Part shown: piece by piece, positions 1 to 11,632 of the stretch
Position numbering within the stretch: position 1 is the stretch's first letter
Layout: the number at the start of each line of letters is the position of its first letter
Origin: Reclinomonas americana ATCC 50394
Lineage: Eukaryota
Reading direction: 5' to 3'
Assembly: GCA_048213135.1 (NCBI GenBank)
Contig: PS015249.1
Coordinates: 80,537-100,536 of the forward strand
Length of the DNA stretch: 20,000 bases
The notes under the pieces: model-generated
What the model saw: the letters and a program-made list of their open reading frames with translations, nothing else
What the model was told of the DNA's origin: nothing
Database searches by the model: none
Program-made: the position numbers and the translations under genes

Positions 1-57
1 TTTCTGATTTTTGTTGCGCTACTGTGACTCGCTCACTCACTCTTGTTGTGACCGCAG

Positions 58-2421
58 TGCAATTTGAGGCCTTCAAGCAACACCTGTTGTCGCGCTACGA
101 CATTGTGTTGGTGGAGGGTCTCGTCCCCGCTCTGTTCGATGGGGCACGCCGGCCGCGCCCCTTCACTCGTTCTGGAGTGACGAAGGGCAAGGATTCTTTC
201 GCCGCCGACACAGACGATGGGCAAGACGATGATCTGGGTGACGACGACGGTCCCGGTTTCGACGACGACCTGTCGTCCATGAGCCCTCCTTCGGCTTCGA
301 TGGCAGCACTGGGTGAGTGGAGGAAGAGAGAGTCACACCCGCGTCACGACAGGAGATTGACATCACGCTTTTGCTCCCCTTCGCGCAGTGCTTGCCTCCG
401 ACGTTCCGCATCTTGAGCTGCCGCACAAGCGCGCATCGCCGCCGCCGCTTCCGTCGCAGAATCCGCCGCCTCTGGTGGGTTCTGGTGTCGTTTCATCCGG
501 CTTGACGCCGCGCCTGCGCAAATCACGCAGCGATCAGCAGCTGCTGTCGAGTGTGAACGAGTCGTCTTCGACCCCGCGTCGCCAGCTTGGCGACGCGGCA
601 GGTGTCGTGATGGGCGCGAGTCGCAAGACACGCCGTGTTGGCTGGGAGGACGACGGCCCACCTCTCGTCATTCACACTGTCGATGCCAATGCACGTTTCG
701 GAGAGTTCCCGTGGCCCGGCAGTCCCCAGTCCAGCATTGCCGACACACCTTCTGGTGTGCCGTTGCTGAACGCGCCGACCACCCCGACACCCTTCTCCTC
801 CTCCTCCAGCACCACCCCGGGTGGACCCGCAGAGACCACATACGGTCGCCTCCGGTGGGAGGACGATCCGGATGCGATGTTTGTGGGCCCCGATGGCGAT
901 GCCGATGAGCGTGACGGGCCAACGCTGCAGAATGTGCTCGATTCGACTGCCTTGTTGCCGTCGACCATTGTGCTCCGTCCGGGCGTTGCGTTGCTCATTG
1001 ATTCTGCGACCGAGTCACTCTTTGATTCGTGTGCCTGACTTGTGGCTGTTGTGCGCAGGTGTATTGGCCATTTACTGTTCCACTGTCGGCCAAGACGCGC
1101 ACGGGCCGGCTCACCATTGCCGCCGAAGTGCCACGTCATACGGTTTGTGTGGCCAAGGGGTTGGATATAGCGGAAGATGAAGAAGAGGGCTGCCTGCTCA
1201 CCTGCTGTGCACGTCAGATTATTCGAGATCGGCCTGTGCAACACGATACGTTTATCGACGTGCCAGATATTGCGCTCCCGGTGACGCTGGTTTGTGTATA
1301 TCGGTCGGCGTGCTCGCCGCCTCTTCATTTCCTCACCACCGTGGAAACTGTGCAGGATCTGGTGAAGCTCGCCGATGTGTCGGTGGAGATGTCGTTGGAT
1401 CGCATCGAGATTGCCGGCTTGGTGCTTGACTCGGACGAAGCGAGTGTGCATTTCACCGAGGGTGTTGGCGCCCCCGAGGTCAGTCCATTGGAAGTGATAT
1501 TAATGTGTGCGTGTGTCTGTCTGCCTCGCACTCGCACTCACATTTTTGACCACCCAGGGCTTTGTGGAGCTGCTGCTGCTCGACAACGCTTTTTGCCGCC
1601 CATCCAATGTGCTGGGCGCGCCTTGCGTGGAGCGGCACGATCGAGTGCGCGTGGTGCAGAATCTGGCCATTTTTGCCGGCGAATGGCACCCGGCCAAGCA
1701 TCTGGCGGTGGTGCAGGATGAGCGTGAGGATGTGTTGCGTGCCTTTGCTCGTGACATGGGTGTGTCGGCGGACGCGATGGACGAGAAGTCGACTGTGGAG
1801 TTTATTGACACGCAACTGAGGTGCGTTGCCTGTCGTCGATTGCTTGTGGAGGAGTCGAGTGCTCACTTCACCGCCATTGTGCAGTGAGAAACTGAGTATT
1901 GCCGTGGACAAGAAGAAACCCCGTGGCTGCTGGGGACGTTTCTTGCAACGATTCAGAGGTGTGTTTGGGGTGCAAGCTGAATCGCGTCTTGGTGCTCACC
2001 GTGCTTCCGCGGAACAGATCGCACACTGCCGTACGTCATGACCTACGTGCTGTATGCCATCTCGTGGGGCATTGGTCTCTTCGCGTCCTACATGACGCTG
2101 CTGACGTGCGCCAACTTGATGGAGACCAACGGCCAGTTCTCAGTGCTGAAGGCCACGGTATGTGTGCATCGTCATACAAGGCACTCTTTTCATGTCGTTT
2201 ACAACATGGACACAGGTTATTGCGGCTCTGGAGGACGGGCTCATCAACGAACCGGTGAGTGTGTGTGCGCGCGCGAGGTGTTTTGGTGCGTGTGTGCTCA
2301 CACATGTGGTTCTGCCTGGGTGCAGCTCAAAATCCTTACGCTCGGCCTCTTCTCCTGCTGCGCTTGCCTCGACTGGATCTCCACCGACGGCATCCGTGCA
2401 TTGACGGGTGGCGCGTTCTAA
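58..2421 (+). CDS. Hypothetical protein, 5'-partial, with Pro/Ser/Asp-rich low-complexity region and C-terminal hydrophobic (TM) segments
   Basis: Hand-spliced exons: 58-312, 389-984, 1059-1478, 1558-1820, 1885-1958, 2018-2157, 2216-2254, 2326-2421(TAA). All introns are GT-AG and preserve the frame; the donor at 985 (GTTGCG) is the least certain. The C-terminus reads ...DRTLPYVMTYVLYAISWGIGLFASYMTLLTCANLM...LKILTLGLFSCCACLDWISTDGIRALTGGAF*. No family recognised. The start lies upstream of the window. Confidence 0.75.
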
Positions 2422-2472
2422 TCCCCCACTAAAGAAGTGTAGATACTATGTTTGTTTATTCTTACATCAACT

Positions 2473-4380
2473 TCACCTCGCCGGCTTGCGCTCCTGCAGC
2501 GTGAAGCGACGCCACTGATTGAGAGTGTGCCAGTCGTGCACCGCGCGACCACGCAGACAGGAGGCTCGAGCCGTCTGCTTCCACTTGTGAAACACAGGTT
2601 CGGCACTCAGCTCCTGCATGCACACTCCGTGATCGAGCACCCACAGCGGTCGCCTGCGTGATGAATGCGGATTCCAGGCGGCCGCCACGGCCGAGAAGGT
2701 GGAGCCGGCCGTGAGTACCAGCTGTGATGGGTGGGGGAGAATGGGAAAGAGAAAGAACAAAAAAAAAAAACAAACAGGATGCGGGGGTGAGCGCAACTTG
2801 TTCGGCGCGGCTGAGAATCACCAACTCGACAAAGGCGTCCATGTAGCCACGCGCCGAGTCGCGGCTGATCGAGTGCGCCGGCAGCAGCACTCTGTCGTGA
2901 CCAAAGAGCGTCGGCGCAAGGTCGCGAAATAGTGTGCTGTCGGTGGCCACGAATACGCGCACACGATCGGGATGGTCGAGTGGTAGCTGGTGCCGGCCGA
3001 GCCAGTCGACGCAGTGACGAAAGGTGGCCAGGTCGGCCAGCGTCAGCTTGTCGCCGTAGTCGCGCTTGCCCTGAGGCGAGGCAAAGGGTGGGGGTGGGGA
3101 GAGGGAGGAGAGAGGGAGAGAGGGAGAGGGAAAGGAAGAGAGAGAAAGGGACAGGGAAAACGAAAAAAGGAGCGATGAAAGGAAGAGAGAGGAGACAAAG
3201 AAAGCAAAGGATGTGTATATCGCGCAGAAGGAAAAGAAGAGAAGAAAAGAGGCAGGGAGAGGAAGCAGGAGAGGGGAAAGAGAGATGGATTGTGCACGTG
3301 CTCTCATGCAGGAGCGATCAAAGGCATCCAGCCCTGAGTCAAAGCAAGGGAGTGAGAATGAGGGACAGGGAAAGGAAGAGAGAGAGAGAGGAGAGAAAGA
3401 AAGCAAAGGATATGAGTATCGCGCAGAAAGAAAAGAAAAGTAGGTCGAGGGAAGAAAAGAGGCAGGGAGAGGAAGGAGGAGAGGGACAAGAGAGGATAGG
3501 ATGTGGGCCACGAGTTGCAGATGTGCCCTCACGCAGGAGAACAAGAGGAGCGATGAATGGCGACCTGCAATACTCAAAGAACATGGCAATGAATGTGGAG
3601 AGAAAAGGACGTGACCCACACTTGCACGTGTGCTTTTCAGTCGGAGAAAGAGGAGCGATAGTAAGCAACTGACCATGGAGTTGGAGCGAACGTGAATGCC
3701 GACGAGCGATGTGTTTGGCGGCACAGAGGTCGACAGGTACTCGTCGACGCGTTGTCGTATCTGCAGAGCGTAGAGGGTGAGACAGTGATGGAAACAATCG
3801 TGGGCAGTGGGAGAACCGACCTCGGCGCGCACTGCAAAGAGCGAGCGCATCACGTGAAAGAACAAGCGATCGCCGTAGCGCCCAAACACGCGCTGGAACG
3901 GGAGGTGGGGATTGTGTCGCAGTACCTCGACATGATACTGATCGCCCCACGACACCATCACTCGTCGCTGGTGCGCACTGTCGACCATGCCGTCAGTGTG
4001 ATCACAATAACACGACGGACGACACGGTGAGGGCGTGTACCTCGTTACATCATCGCAGATGAGCTCTGCCAACGCCGCCTCGCCGTAGTAATGCGTATTC
4101 AACTCACTCTGCTCGCTGCGGGAGGGAGGGAACAAGAGAGAGGGAGGAGTGAGGAAACGAGAGTAGAAAGGGGAGGAGTGGGTGATAGCAGAAGGGAGGA
4201 GTGCGAATGGAAGTGAACGGGAGTGAGAGAGGAAGGTGAGAGGGAAGGAAGGAAGCATGAGAAGCCAATGAAGCAAGGCAGGTAGAGGGTTGTGAGAAGC
4301 GATGGAGAACAGAGACCGAGAGAGTGGAGAGAACGAGAGAGGGTGAGAGGGAGAGAGGAAAGATGAGCCACAGCGCCTTC

Positions 4381-4414
<34 letters not shown>

Positions 4415-5069
4415 CCTTTCCCTTCTGCCACGCAACGTGACATTGTTGAAGAGCACCGGCACGGTCCAATCGATTCCGCTGGCACCCTCCACCGGCTCAA
4501 ACACCGAGTGAAAGAAGTGCGTGTGCTCCGTCTCCACTTGCCCCGCCTCCCAGTCAATCTACACAACACACAAGTACATGTCGGCCACGAGCCACGCACG
4601 ACGAACGCAGGAGTTGTCTCGTCCCCCATCACACCAGAAACACTCGTCGAGTGAGCACGGCCAACACGAAGCTCGCCACCGCCGCATGAATGCGATTGCC
4701 CAAGCCCAGATACTCATCGTCACGATGCAACAGCACCGGCACCGACGCGTCACGTGCATCCACTCGCAGTCGCGCGACCATTGATCGATGCCAGTGCGCG
4801 TACTCATCATCAGCGTCACACATCGCTGCATGATGACACGCACATGCTACGCAGAATCGTCCACACTCATCCACTGACAACGACGATGGCGATGACAGTG
4901 ACAGATGCGTTGTATCTCCAGCTGCGATCGCGACGGAGGGGCTTTCTTCTGGTCGCTGCAGTCGGAGAAGAGTGGAGATGGTGATGATGGCAATGATCGT
5001 GGATAGAGCGAGTATGCATAGGCGCCATCTCCACGATGGTGCAAGTGCGAAGGAGGAAGCACTTCGCAT
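2473..5069 (-). CDS. Type II membrane fucosyltransferase-like glycosyltransferase (GT37/GT23/GT11-type GT-B motifs), about 465 aa
   Basis: Exons (minus): 5069-4635, 4558-4437, 4115-4041, 3977-3821, 3760-3674, 3070-2798, 2721-2473; total 1398 nt, in frame. N-terminal signal anchor (LCILALSTIIAIITISTLL). GLGNRIHAAVASFVLAVLTRRVFL resembles the GLGNR...LLTxRxLLV segment of plant xyloglucan FUTs. The three conserved FucT motifs are present: VGIHVR, VFVATDS and ELVILSRAEQLVLTAGSTFS. Confidence 0.85.
3090..3500. repeat. Purine-rich intronic region with an imperfect direct duplication (period about 200 bp)
   Basis: AAAGAAAGCAAAGGATxTGxxTATCGCGCAGAA...GAAGAAAAGAGGCAGGGAGAGGAAG occurs at about 3197-3265 and about 3396-3475, inside FucT intron 3673-3071. 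Confidence 0.75.
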
Positions 5070-5443
5070 GCGTTCGTTGGATGGGAAGCGATCGTCCTAC
5101 ACGATGGACCCGGAACGAAGTCAAGGCGGAAGGTGTGCAAGGAGGCGCAAGATGCGTAGTTGTTCATGCAGCCTCGACAGTGAGGATGACGACAACAGCA
5201 GCTTGCAAGCTTGTTACCTGCAATTGCGACTTCAGATTCGAAGTTGCACATGCAGTCACAAGCTCGTACGTTGCCATTCTCCGCTTACAGTCTCGCTGAC
5301 CAACCAAGAAGAAGAGGAGGAGGAGGAGGAGGAGGAAGGCGCATGAGAAAAACACTTCCGAGACAACTTGTGCTTGCGCATGCGTCCTCGTCCAAATCCA
5401 TCATGCATTTGCCACTCTCATCCCGCCCCCACTTTACACGCGC

Positions 5444-7624
5444 ATGCGCACCACCACACGTGGTGACAAGTCCTCAGCAACCGCCTCTCTGAGTGTGTCT
5501 CGCAAAAGCGCACAGGTAGAGGCGCGTGTAGACAGCGCAGAAGGCGTCATGGCAGAGGCGAGCGCGAAAGTGACACCAGCGGTCAGTGTGTGTGTGTCTG
5601 TCTCTCTCTTGTGCGTGTGTGTGAGCATGCATTGTGACTTTCATACCTCATGGTCGCCACTGGGAAAGTCAATGAGGAGGCTGTCGGAGGCAGTGGCGCA
5701 GGTGCAGCGCACACTGGTGGCCAAGATCGAGCAGGCCAAGGAGGACGCCATCTCGCTCCTCGATGAGCGCTTTCATGCGCTCACTGACGAGTGCGCAGAG
5801 TCCTTGTCTCGCACGCAGCAGGTGTGTGTGTACGCGCGCGCGTGTGTGTGTCTACAGTGTCTCACGCGCAGAGAGGAGCAGAAGCTGACGCTGGAGATGA
5901 CGGCGACTGCCAATGGCGGAAGCAATGGGAAGGAATCTGTGTCGGCCACGGTGTCTTCGTCCTCTTCTGGAGGCTCCTCCGCGTCCTCCTCTGACGAGGC
6001 GCACAAGAAGGACGATGATGCTGAGGAGCGCGAGGAGCGGCGGCGACGCGGCTTGCGTCGCAAGGAGTTTGTGCCGCGGGAATCGGTCTTGTCGGTCATG
6101 CTGCAGGAGGAGTCGTTCCGCACCATTGCCAACATCGCCATTGCCTCGCTCATTGTCTTTACGCTTTCCGTGCTTATCACCGACTACACGGAGACCGGGC
6201 GTCTCATTGATACCACGCTCCTGGAGGTTTGCTCCCGGGCACTCGCACCACTCACGAATTGTGATGGCGCTGACGCGTGTGTGTGTTTGCCTGTCGCAGT
6301 GGGTGTTGGAGATGATGCCGACTTTCATGCGCTTCTGGTTGTGCCTCTACCTGGCCTCGTACCTCGTGCTGGTGCTGGCACACAAGGCCGCCACCACCAC
6401 CGGCTGGCAGCGGAAGTTGTGGTTGACGACGTACATTGCGTTCCAGTTCTCCACCTTTGTCTCCAGCGCGTTCTTCGTCCTCAACCTGAACTCGCGACCG
6501 CCGCTGGCCGCTGCGCTGCTGGCCGAGCAGGCGCGTCTGTGCATGAAGGTGAGCAGTTTGCAGATTCGCATTGGTTGTTTTCCTATATCTGTGGGTGTGC
6601 GTTTTGGAAAGCCTGACACTGCTGTGTGTGTGTGGCGACGCGTCACAGATGCATGCGTACTTCCGCGAGAAGCTGATGTGGAAGACGATGAAGCACTCGC
6701 CGCCGCCAGTGACGCCGGCAACGTGGCATTACATTGGCTCGGAGATTCGTCTGTACACCTACTTTTTGTGGGTGCCGACGCTCGTCTACCGCTCCAGCTA
6801 CCCGCGCACGGCGCGCATCCGCTGGGGTGCCGTCGTGCTGCGCGTGCTGGAGGCGCTGGCCACCATGCACATGACGTTCCTCATCTTCAAGGTGAGTTGT
6901 CTTCCTCGCCATTGATTCTTCCAGTCCGTGCCGTGACATTTGTGTAGGCCGTGCTGCCGACACTCGGACGGGTGGAGCGCATCACCGATGTCAGCTCGTT
7001 CCTGACGACGTGGTTTGCCCACATGGGCCCTGGCATTGCGCTGATGTTCCTGACGCACTACGTGGTGCTGCACGCGTGGCAGAACCTGTTTGCCGAGCTG
7101 ACGCGCTTTGCCGACCGCCAGTTCTACGAGGACTGGTGGAATGCGCGGACGTGGGAGGTGCTTTTTATTTCCTTTGCATTGTCGTGCCGGGTGGTGGTGG
7201 AATGGTTCTCACGGCGGTAATTTTGCAGGATTTCTACCGCAAGTGGAACGGCCTGGTGCACGACTTTATCAAGGAGTACGTGTATCTCGACCTGCATCTG
7301 CTGCTGCACTGGAAGCGCGCGGTGGCACTGCTGGCGGCCTTTGCCATCTCGGCCATTGTGCACGAGTTCATCATGTCGTTCGTCTTTGGCTACTTCTACC
7401 CGATCCTGTTTGTGCTGTTCGCCGGCCCCGGCGTCATTCTCGTGTGGCTCACTCGTCGCGTGCGCAACCGCTGGTGGAATGTCTTCATGTGGTTGTCGCT
7501 GTCGGGCGGCAACGGCCTCATGATGGTGCTGTACTCGCTCGAGTGGCACGCACACAAGAATCCGCGACCCATTACCGAGTGGTGGCATTCGCTGCTGCCG
7601 TACTCGTGGCGCGCGCTGGTGTAA
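5444..7624 (+). CDS. SOAT: MBOAT-family sterol O-acyltransferase (SOAT/ACAT-like), about 577 aa
   Basis: Exons: 5444-5581, 5669-5821, 5882-6226, 6300-6548, 6649-6891, 6948-7157, 7229-7624; total 1734 nt. Motifs: KEFVPRESVL, MK|MHAY, YFLWVPTLVYRSSYPRT, FAELTRFADRQFYEDWWN, FYRKWNGLVHDF and the catalytic His in SAIVHEF, all typical of SOAT/DGAT1-type MBOATs. The start codon and the first two acceptors are less certain. Confidence 0.92.
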
Positions 7625-7785
7625 CTACAGCGCATGGCTCTCTCTCTTTTTCTGTCTCCTCCTGTGTGTGTTTTCGTGCCTGGAGTGACAACCAAGTGCC
7701 TGAAAGAAGTCCAATTGAAGCACTGCTCTCTCGAAAACAACAGCAACAACCTTGGTCTATTTGAACTATTATCAAGAGCACCGGC

Positions 7786-10700
7786 TCACTCCTGTTTTCT
7801 CCGCGCCGCACGCAAGCGACGGCGGTGGACCTTGGTTGCCTCGCGCCAGTAGCGGTACACTGCAGAAGGTTGACGTGAGAGGAGAGAGATGAAGCAGTGA
7901 TCGTGGCAGTAGCAGCGCGCTCACCGACAAAAAGATAGTACGCAAACGAGCAGAGCAGGATGCCGGCTGCGAGATGGAGGAAAAAGTCAGGTTCCGCAAT
8001 AACGATGGGGATGTACACACGGATCGGCACCAACCGAGCGGGTAGGTGGCCAGCGACGGTCGCACATCGCAGTACGAGTCGCAGTCGATAATGTCGTTAT
8101 TTTGGCCGTACGTGAATTGGGAGGCGTTGAGGCGCAGGTGATCGCACAAGCCAGTGAAGGACTTGGGGCCGGTATTGGCGCTGCAGCTGTAGTGGATGGG
8201 CAGGAAACCGATCGATAGGTACGTGGACATGAGCATGCCGACCAGCACGATGCCGCCGACCAAGTGGAATAGAGCCACGCCTGCGTGTTGCGCGACAAAG
8301 AGAGAGGGAGGGAGAGAGGGAGAGGGAGGGGCAAGGGAGAGAGAGATAAAGAGAGAAGGAGGGAGAGAGGGGAGAGAGAGGGAGAGAGAGGGACGCAGAG
8401 AGGGGGAGAGAGGGACGCAGAGAGGGGGAGAGAGAGGAAGGCAGAGAGGGGGAGAGAGAGGGAGGCAGAGAGGGAGAGAGAAGGGAGAGAGAGAGAGGGA
8501 GTGTGTGTGATTTGTGAGGGTGTAGTGAAAATTGAGAGACGCCGAGTGAGCTGTCGACTGACCCAGACGATTGTTGACAAAGGCTGTTTGGCACAAGGAC
8601 GGGTGAGGCGAGGACGAGAGGTTATTCGGGAAAACGGCAGCGACAACGCACCCACAGTGTATCGCAGAATAATCGCAGTCATGAAGATGGTGCAGATGCA
8701 GGCCGTCGCGACCACAAACGAGTCTGTGCGCGGAAAAAATCAGACAAGCAGGACGACTCGATTGGAGAGAGCGGTGACGAAACAAGCAAATGGCAAATTG
8801 TTGATGCGCGGTGAGCACACGGATTGTGTCATGGTCAACGACGGGATGATGTTTTCTGGCAAAGCAGGTGAGAGCAGAACAACCAAGCGGTTCCAGAAGG
8901 ATGCAGCAGCGTACCGAAGGCGCCGCAGTTGACGGTTGGAGTCATCAGCAGAATCGACATGGACGAGAGGGAGATCACCAGCTTGAACAGTGCGCTTACG
9001 TCCTGCACAATCGCAAAGGCCACTCGGAGACGACTCTGTCGCTTCTCCAACTCCTTGACGGTGATGGCCACTCGCACCTCGCCGCCTTTCCAGTCGCCAG
9101 TCGTCTCCCCCTCCATCGACGACTGATCGCTAATGTCATCGTCGTCGCCATTGTACCTTTGCAGGTCTCTTCGCCGGCTCTCCATCTCCGTTTCGGCGTC
9201 TGCGGCGGCGCTGGTGCCAGAGTAGAGCGACACACCAGATCCGGTTTCCAGCAGGCGCGCATCCTCTGCCGACGGGGTCACATTGGGCTCGGGAGTCACG
9301 TGCGGACGCCGACGGCGACCGCATCCGCAGCAGGCGGCCACACCGGCCTGCGACGGCGGCATGGGGCGCTGGTACTCGAAGGCCAGGTACGCCATGTACA
9401 GGGTGCTGAAGATGAAGCTGAAGGCGAGCATGTAGACCTTGTAGAGGGAAGGGAGATTAAAGAGGGGTTCACAGAGATACAAGGCAGGAGAAGGCAGACA
9501 GCGAGGACTCACCTCTGGGGCATTCCTCGGGCTGCATCTGTGGGGAACAATGCAAAGCACGGACAGGATGAGGTCTTCTCTCACCATGCGAGAGACCAAC
9601 ACACACAAACACACCCATTGCTGCAGCCGTACTGCGCGGTGCACGGCTGCCCGTTGGACAGTGGACATGAAAACTGCTGCGATGATGACGCGGCGGTGCA
9701 GCCGATATCGGGGTACAACTGCGTAATGTTCAGCGACAGCTGCAAGCTGAAGCATTGGTCGGAGATGAGCTGTGCGCACACACATAATCACAGGGAGGGT
9801 GTGTGTGAGAGAGAGAGAGAGGGCCACAGAAAGACAACGCGGAATGCAAAGGCGAACAAACCACTGGATCCTCGCAGTGGTACCCCGGCGCCAGCAGCAG
9901 CGTGTAGAAAATGGCGGAGATCTTTGCAATGCCAAACACCAGTGACAGCGCGGTGATCCCGTAACTGACGCAGGATATGATGAGCGACAGCACCACTGAA
10001 AAAAAATCGACACACGACGCACCCAATGAAGACGGCCCATCGCTGGAACCACCCGAACGTCTTCAACAGAATCGAGAAGAAGAAGAAGATTTGGTTGGCG
10101 ACGACGAGGGCGATGAAGACGTCCTTAAGCGCCGCCACGTCCACCTTGACGTTGCAGAACTGCGAGGAGGAGGAGGAGGAGGAGGAGGAGGAGGAGGAGG
10201 AGGAGGAAGAAGAAGAGGGAGGAGGAGGAGGAGGAGGAGGAGGAGGAGGAGGAGGAGCAAAATGGGAAGAAGGGAGATAAGCAAGGAGGAAGGAGATGCA
10301 ACGAGAAGAAGACGCAGAAGAAAAGGCGATGGAGAAGAAGAAGAACAAGAACAAACAAGAACAGGAACAGGAAGAAGAAGAAGAATAAAGAGAAGAAGAG
10401 GAATAAGGAGGAGGAGGAGGAGGAGAACAAGAACAAGAAGAACAAGAAGAAGTAGAACAAGAACAACAAGAACAGCAAGAACAAGAACAAGAAGAAGATT
10501 AGAAGATACAGAACACGGACACAGTGGAGAAGATGAAGGAGGAGGGCGAATGGGAGGGAGAGGAAGATGAACAGCAAGTCAGTGAAGAACACAGTGCAAC
10601 GACGCGCAAGAGCCACACTCAACGTTGGGATTACCGCGCATCTCTGCACCGGTAATGACCTTGGTGGTGGGCCGGTTCAGTGAATCACAAAAGTACAGAC

Positions 10701-10880
10701 TAAAGTCCGAGCATTGCATCGCCTCGTCGCTCCTGCATGAAGAAGAAGAAGTAGAATCAGAGAGAGAGGAAAAGGGAAGAGAGAGAGATGCGTCATGAAT
10801 GATGAGATACGTGTGACATTGCATCCTTGTGTGTGAGAGAGAGAGTGTGTGTGTGTAGGGGTGTGTGTGTGTGTGCGGAG

Positions 10881-10914
<34 letters not shown>

Positions 10915-11350
10915 GAGTGTGTGTGAGTGAGAGAGTGAGAGAGTGAGAGAGTGAGAGAGTGAGTGAGTCAGGGAGTGTGTGAGAGTGAGTGAGAGACAAT
11001 GAGTGAGTGAGTGAGTGAGCGTGTGTGTACCTGTGTGTAAGTGTGTGCGGAGGTGTGTGTGTGAGAGAGAGAGAGAGGAGGAGTGTGAGTGAGTGATTGT
11101 GTGTGTGTCTTTGTGTGGTGTCTTTGTGTATCTTTGTGTGTCTTTGTGTGTGTGTGTGTGTGTGTGTGTGTCAGTCTTCGCAACTGCAGGAGCAACACAA
11201 TGGAGATTGCAGTCAAGAGCGACTTGAGCTGTCAATCACACATGTGAGTTGCATGACACACTCACTCACTCACTCACACTCGTACTCTCTCACCTGCACA
11301 GTGATGTCTTGTGCAAACATAAACACGCGGTTCCATCGCGAAGACAACAT
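7786..11350 (-). CDS. Uncharacterised 8-TM membrane protein A (two tandem 4-TM units with Cys-rich loops), about 559 aa; paralog of 11426-15672
   Basis: 14 exons (minus): 11350-11294, 11228-11185, 10732-10624, 10159-10023, 9964-9862, 9769-9615, 9537-9513, 9437-8915, 8855-8784, 8723-8652, 8583-8563, 8280-8035, 7966-7925, 7859-7786; total 1680 nt, in frame. Starts MLSSRWNRVFMFAQDITVQLKSLLTAISIVLLL and ends VYRYWREATKVHRRRLRAARRKQE*. The model is cross-validated by end-to-end alignment with the paralog. Confidence 0.85.
8297..8500. repeat. GA-rich low-complexity tract (intron of membrane protein A)
   Basis: Nearly all-purine GA/GGA run containing a repeated GGGACGCAGAGAGGGGGAGAGAG unit; it is a polypyrimidine tract on the sense strand. 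Confidence 0.85.
10164..10570. repeat. (GAG)n/(GAA)n/(GAACAA)n compound microsatellite (intron of membrane protein A)
   Basis: Directly visible; lies in intron 10623-10160. Confidence 0.9.
10828..11171. repeat. (GT)n/(GA)n/(GAGT)n compound microsatellite with a duplicated GTGTGTGCGGAGGTGTGTG...GAGGAGGAGTGTG unit
   Basis: Directly visible; the unit occurs at about 10869 and about 11041; lies in intron 11184-10733. Confidence 0.9.
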
Positions 11351-11425
11351 GATTGCAAAGAGAAACACGAGAGGACAAACCCCAGTTTGTGAGGAGTGCT
11401 CTCTCTCTCTCTTTGTCCTCTTGTG
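11351..11425. promoter_or_regulatory. Putative bidirectional promoter / 5' UTR spacer between head-to-head paralogs
   Basis: 75 bp between the two divergent ATGs. Inverted repeat CACGAGAGGACAAA (11366-11379) / TTTGTCCTCTTGTG (11412-11425) matches at 13 of 14 positions. Small internal stem ACAAAC-ccca-GTTTGT (11375-11390). Promoter function is inferred from position only. Confidence 0.6.
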
Positions 11426-11556
11426 ATGGTGTCTGCGTTCTGGAGACGCACTTTTATCTTTGTGCAAGATGCGAGTGTTATGGTGAGAGAGAGTGTGTGA
11501 GAGAGGAAACTGACAAGATGCTGACACTGTCATGTGTGAGATGAGTGTGTGTGTGT

Positions 11557-11632
<76 letters not shown>

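Noticed and set aside
2462-4537. 691-aa minus-strand ORF
   Set aside because: It is a read-through of FucT exons and stop-poor CT-rich introns (S/L/F/P-rich stretches). The spliced model restores the motif spacing.
5444-7624. All six SOAT introns are phase 0; DGAT1 considered as an alternative call
   Set aside because: Phase 0 is the commonest intron phase, so this may be chance. The YPRT, WNxxVH, VHEF...GYFYP context looks closer to SOAT than to DGAT1, though only a phylogeny would settle it.
9788-10649. Poly-E, poly-G/R, poly-P/S and poly-L/F ORFs
   Set aside because: These are translations of an intronic (GAG)n/(GAA)n microsatellite.
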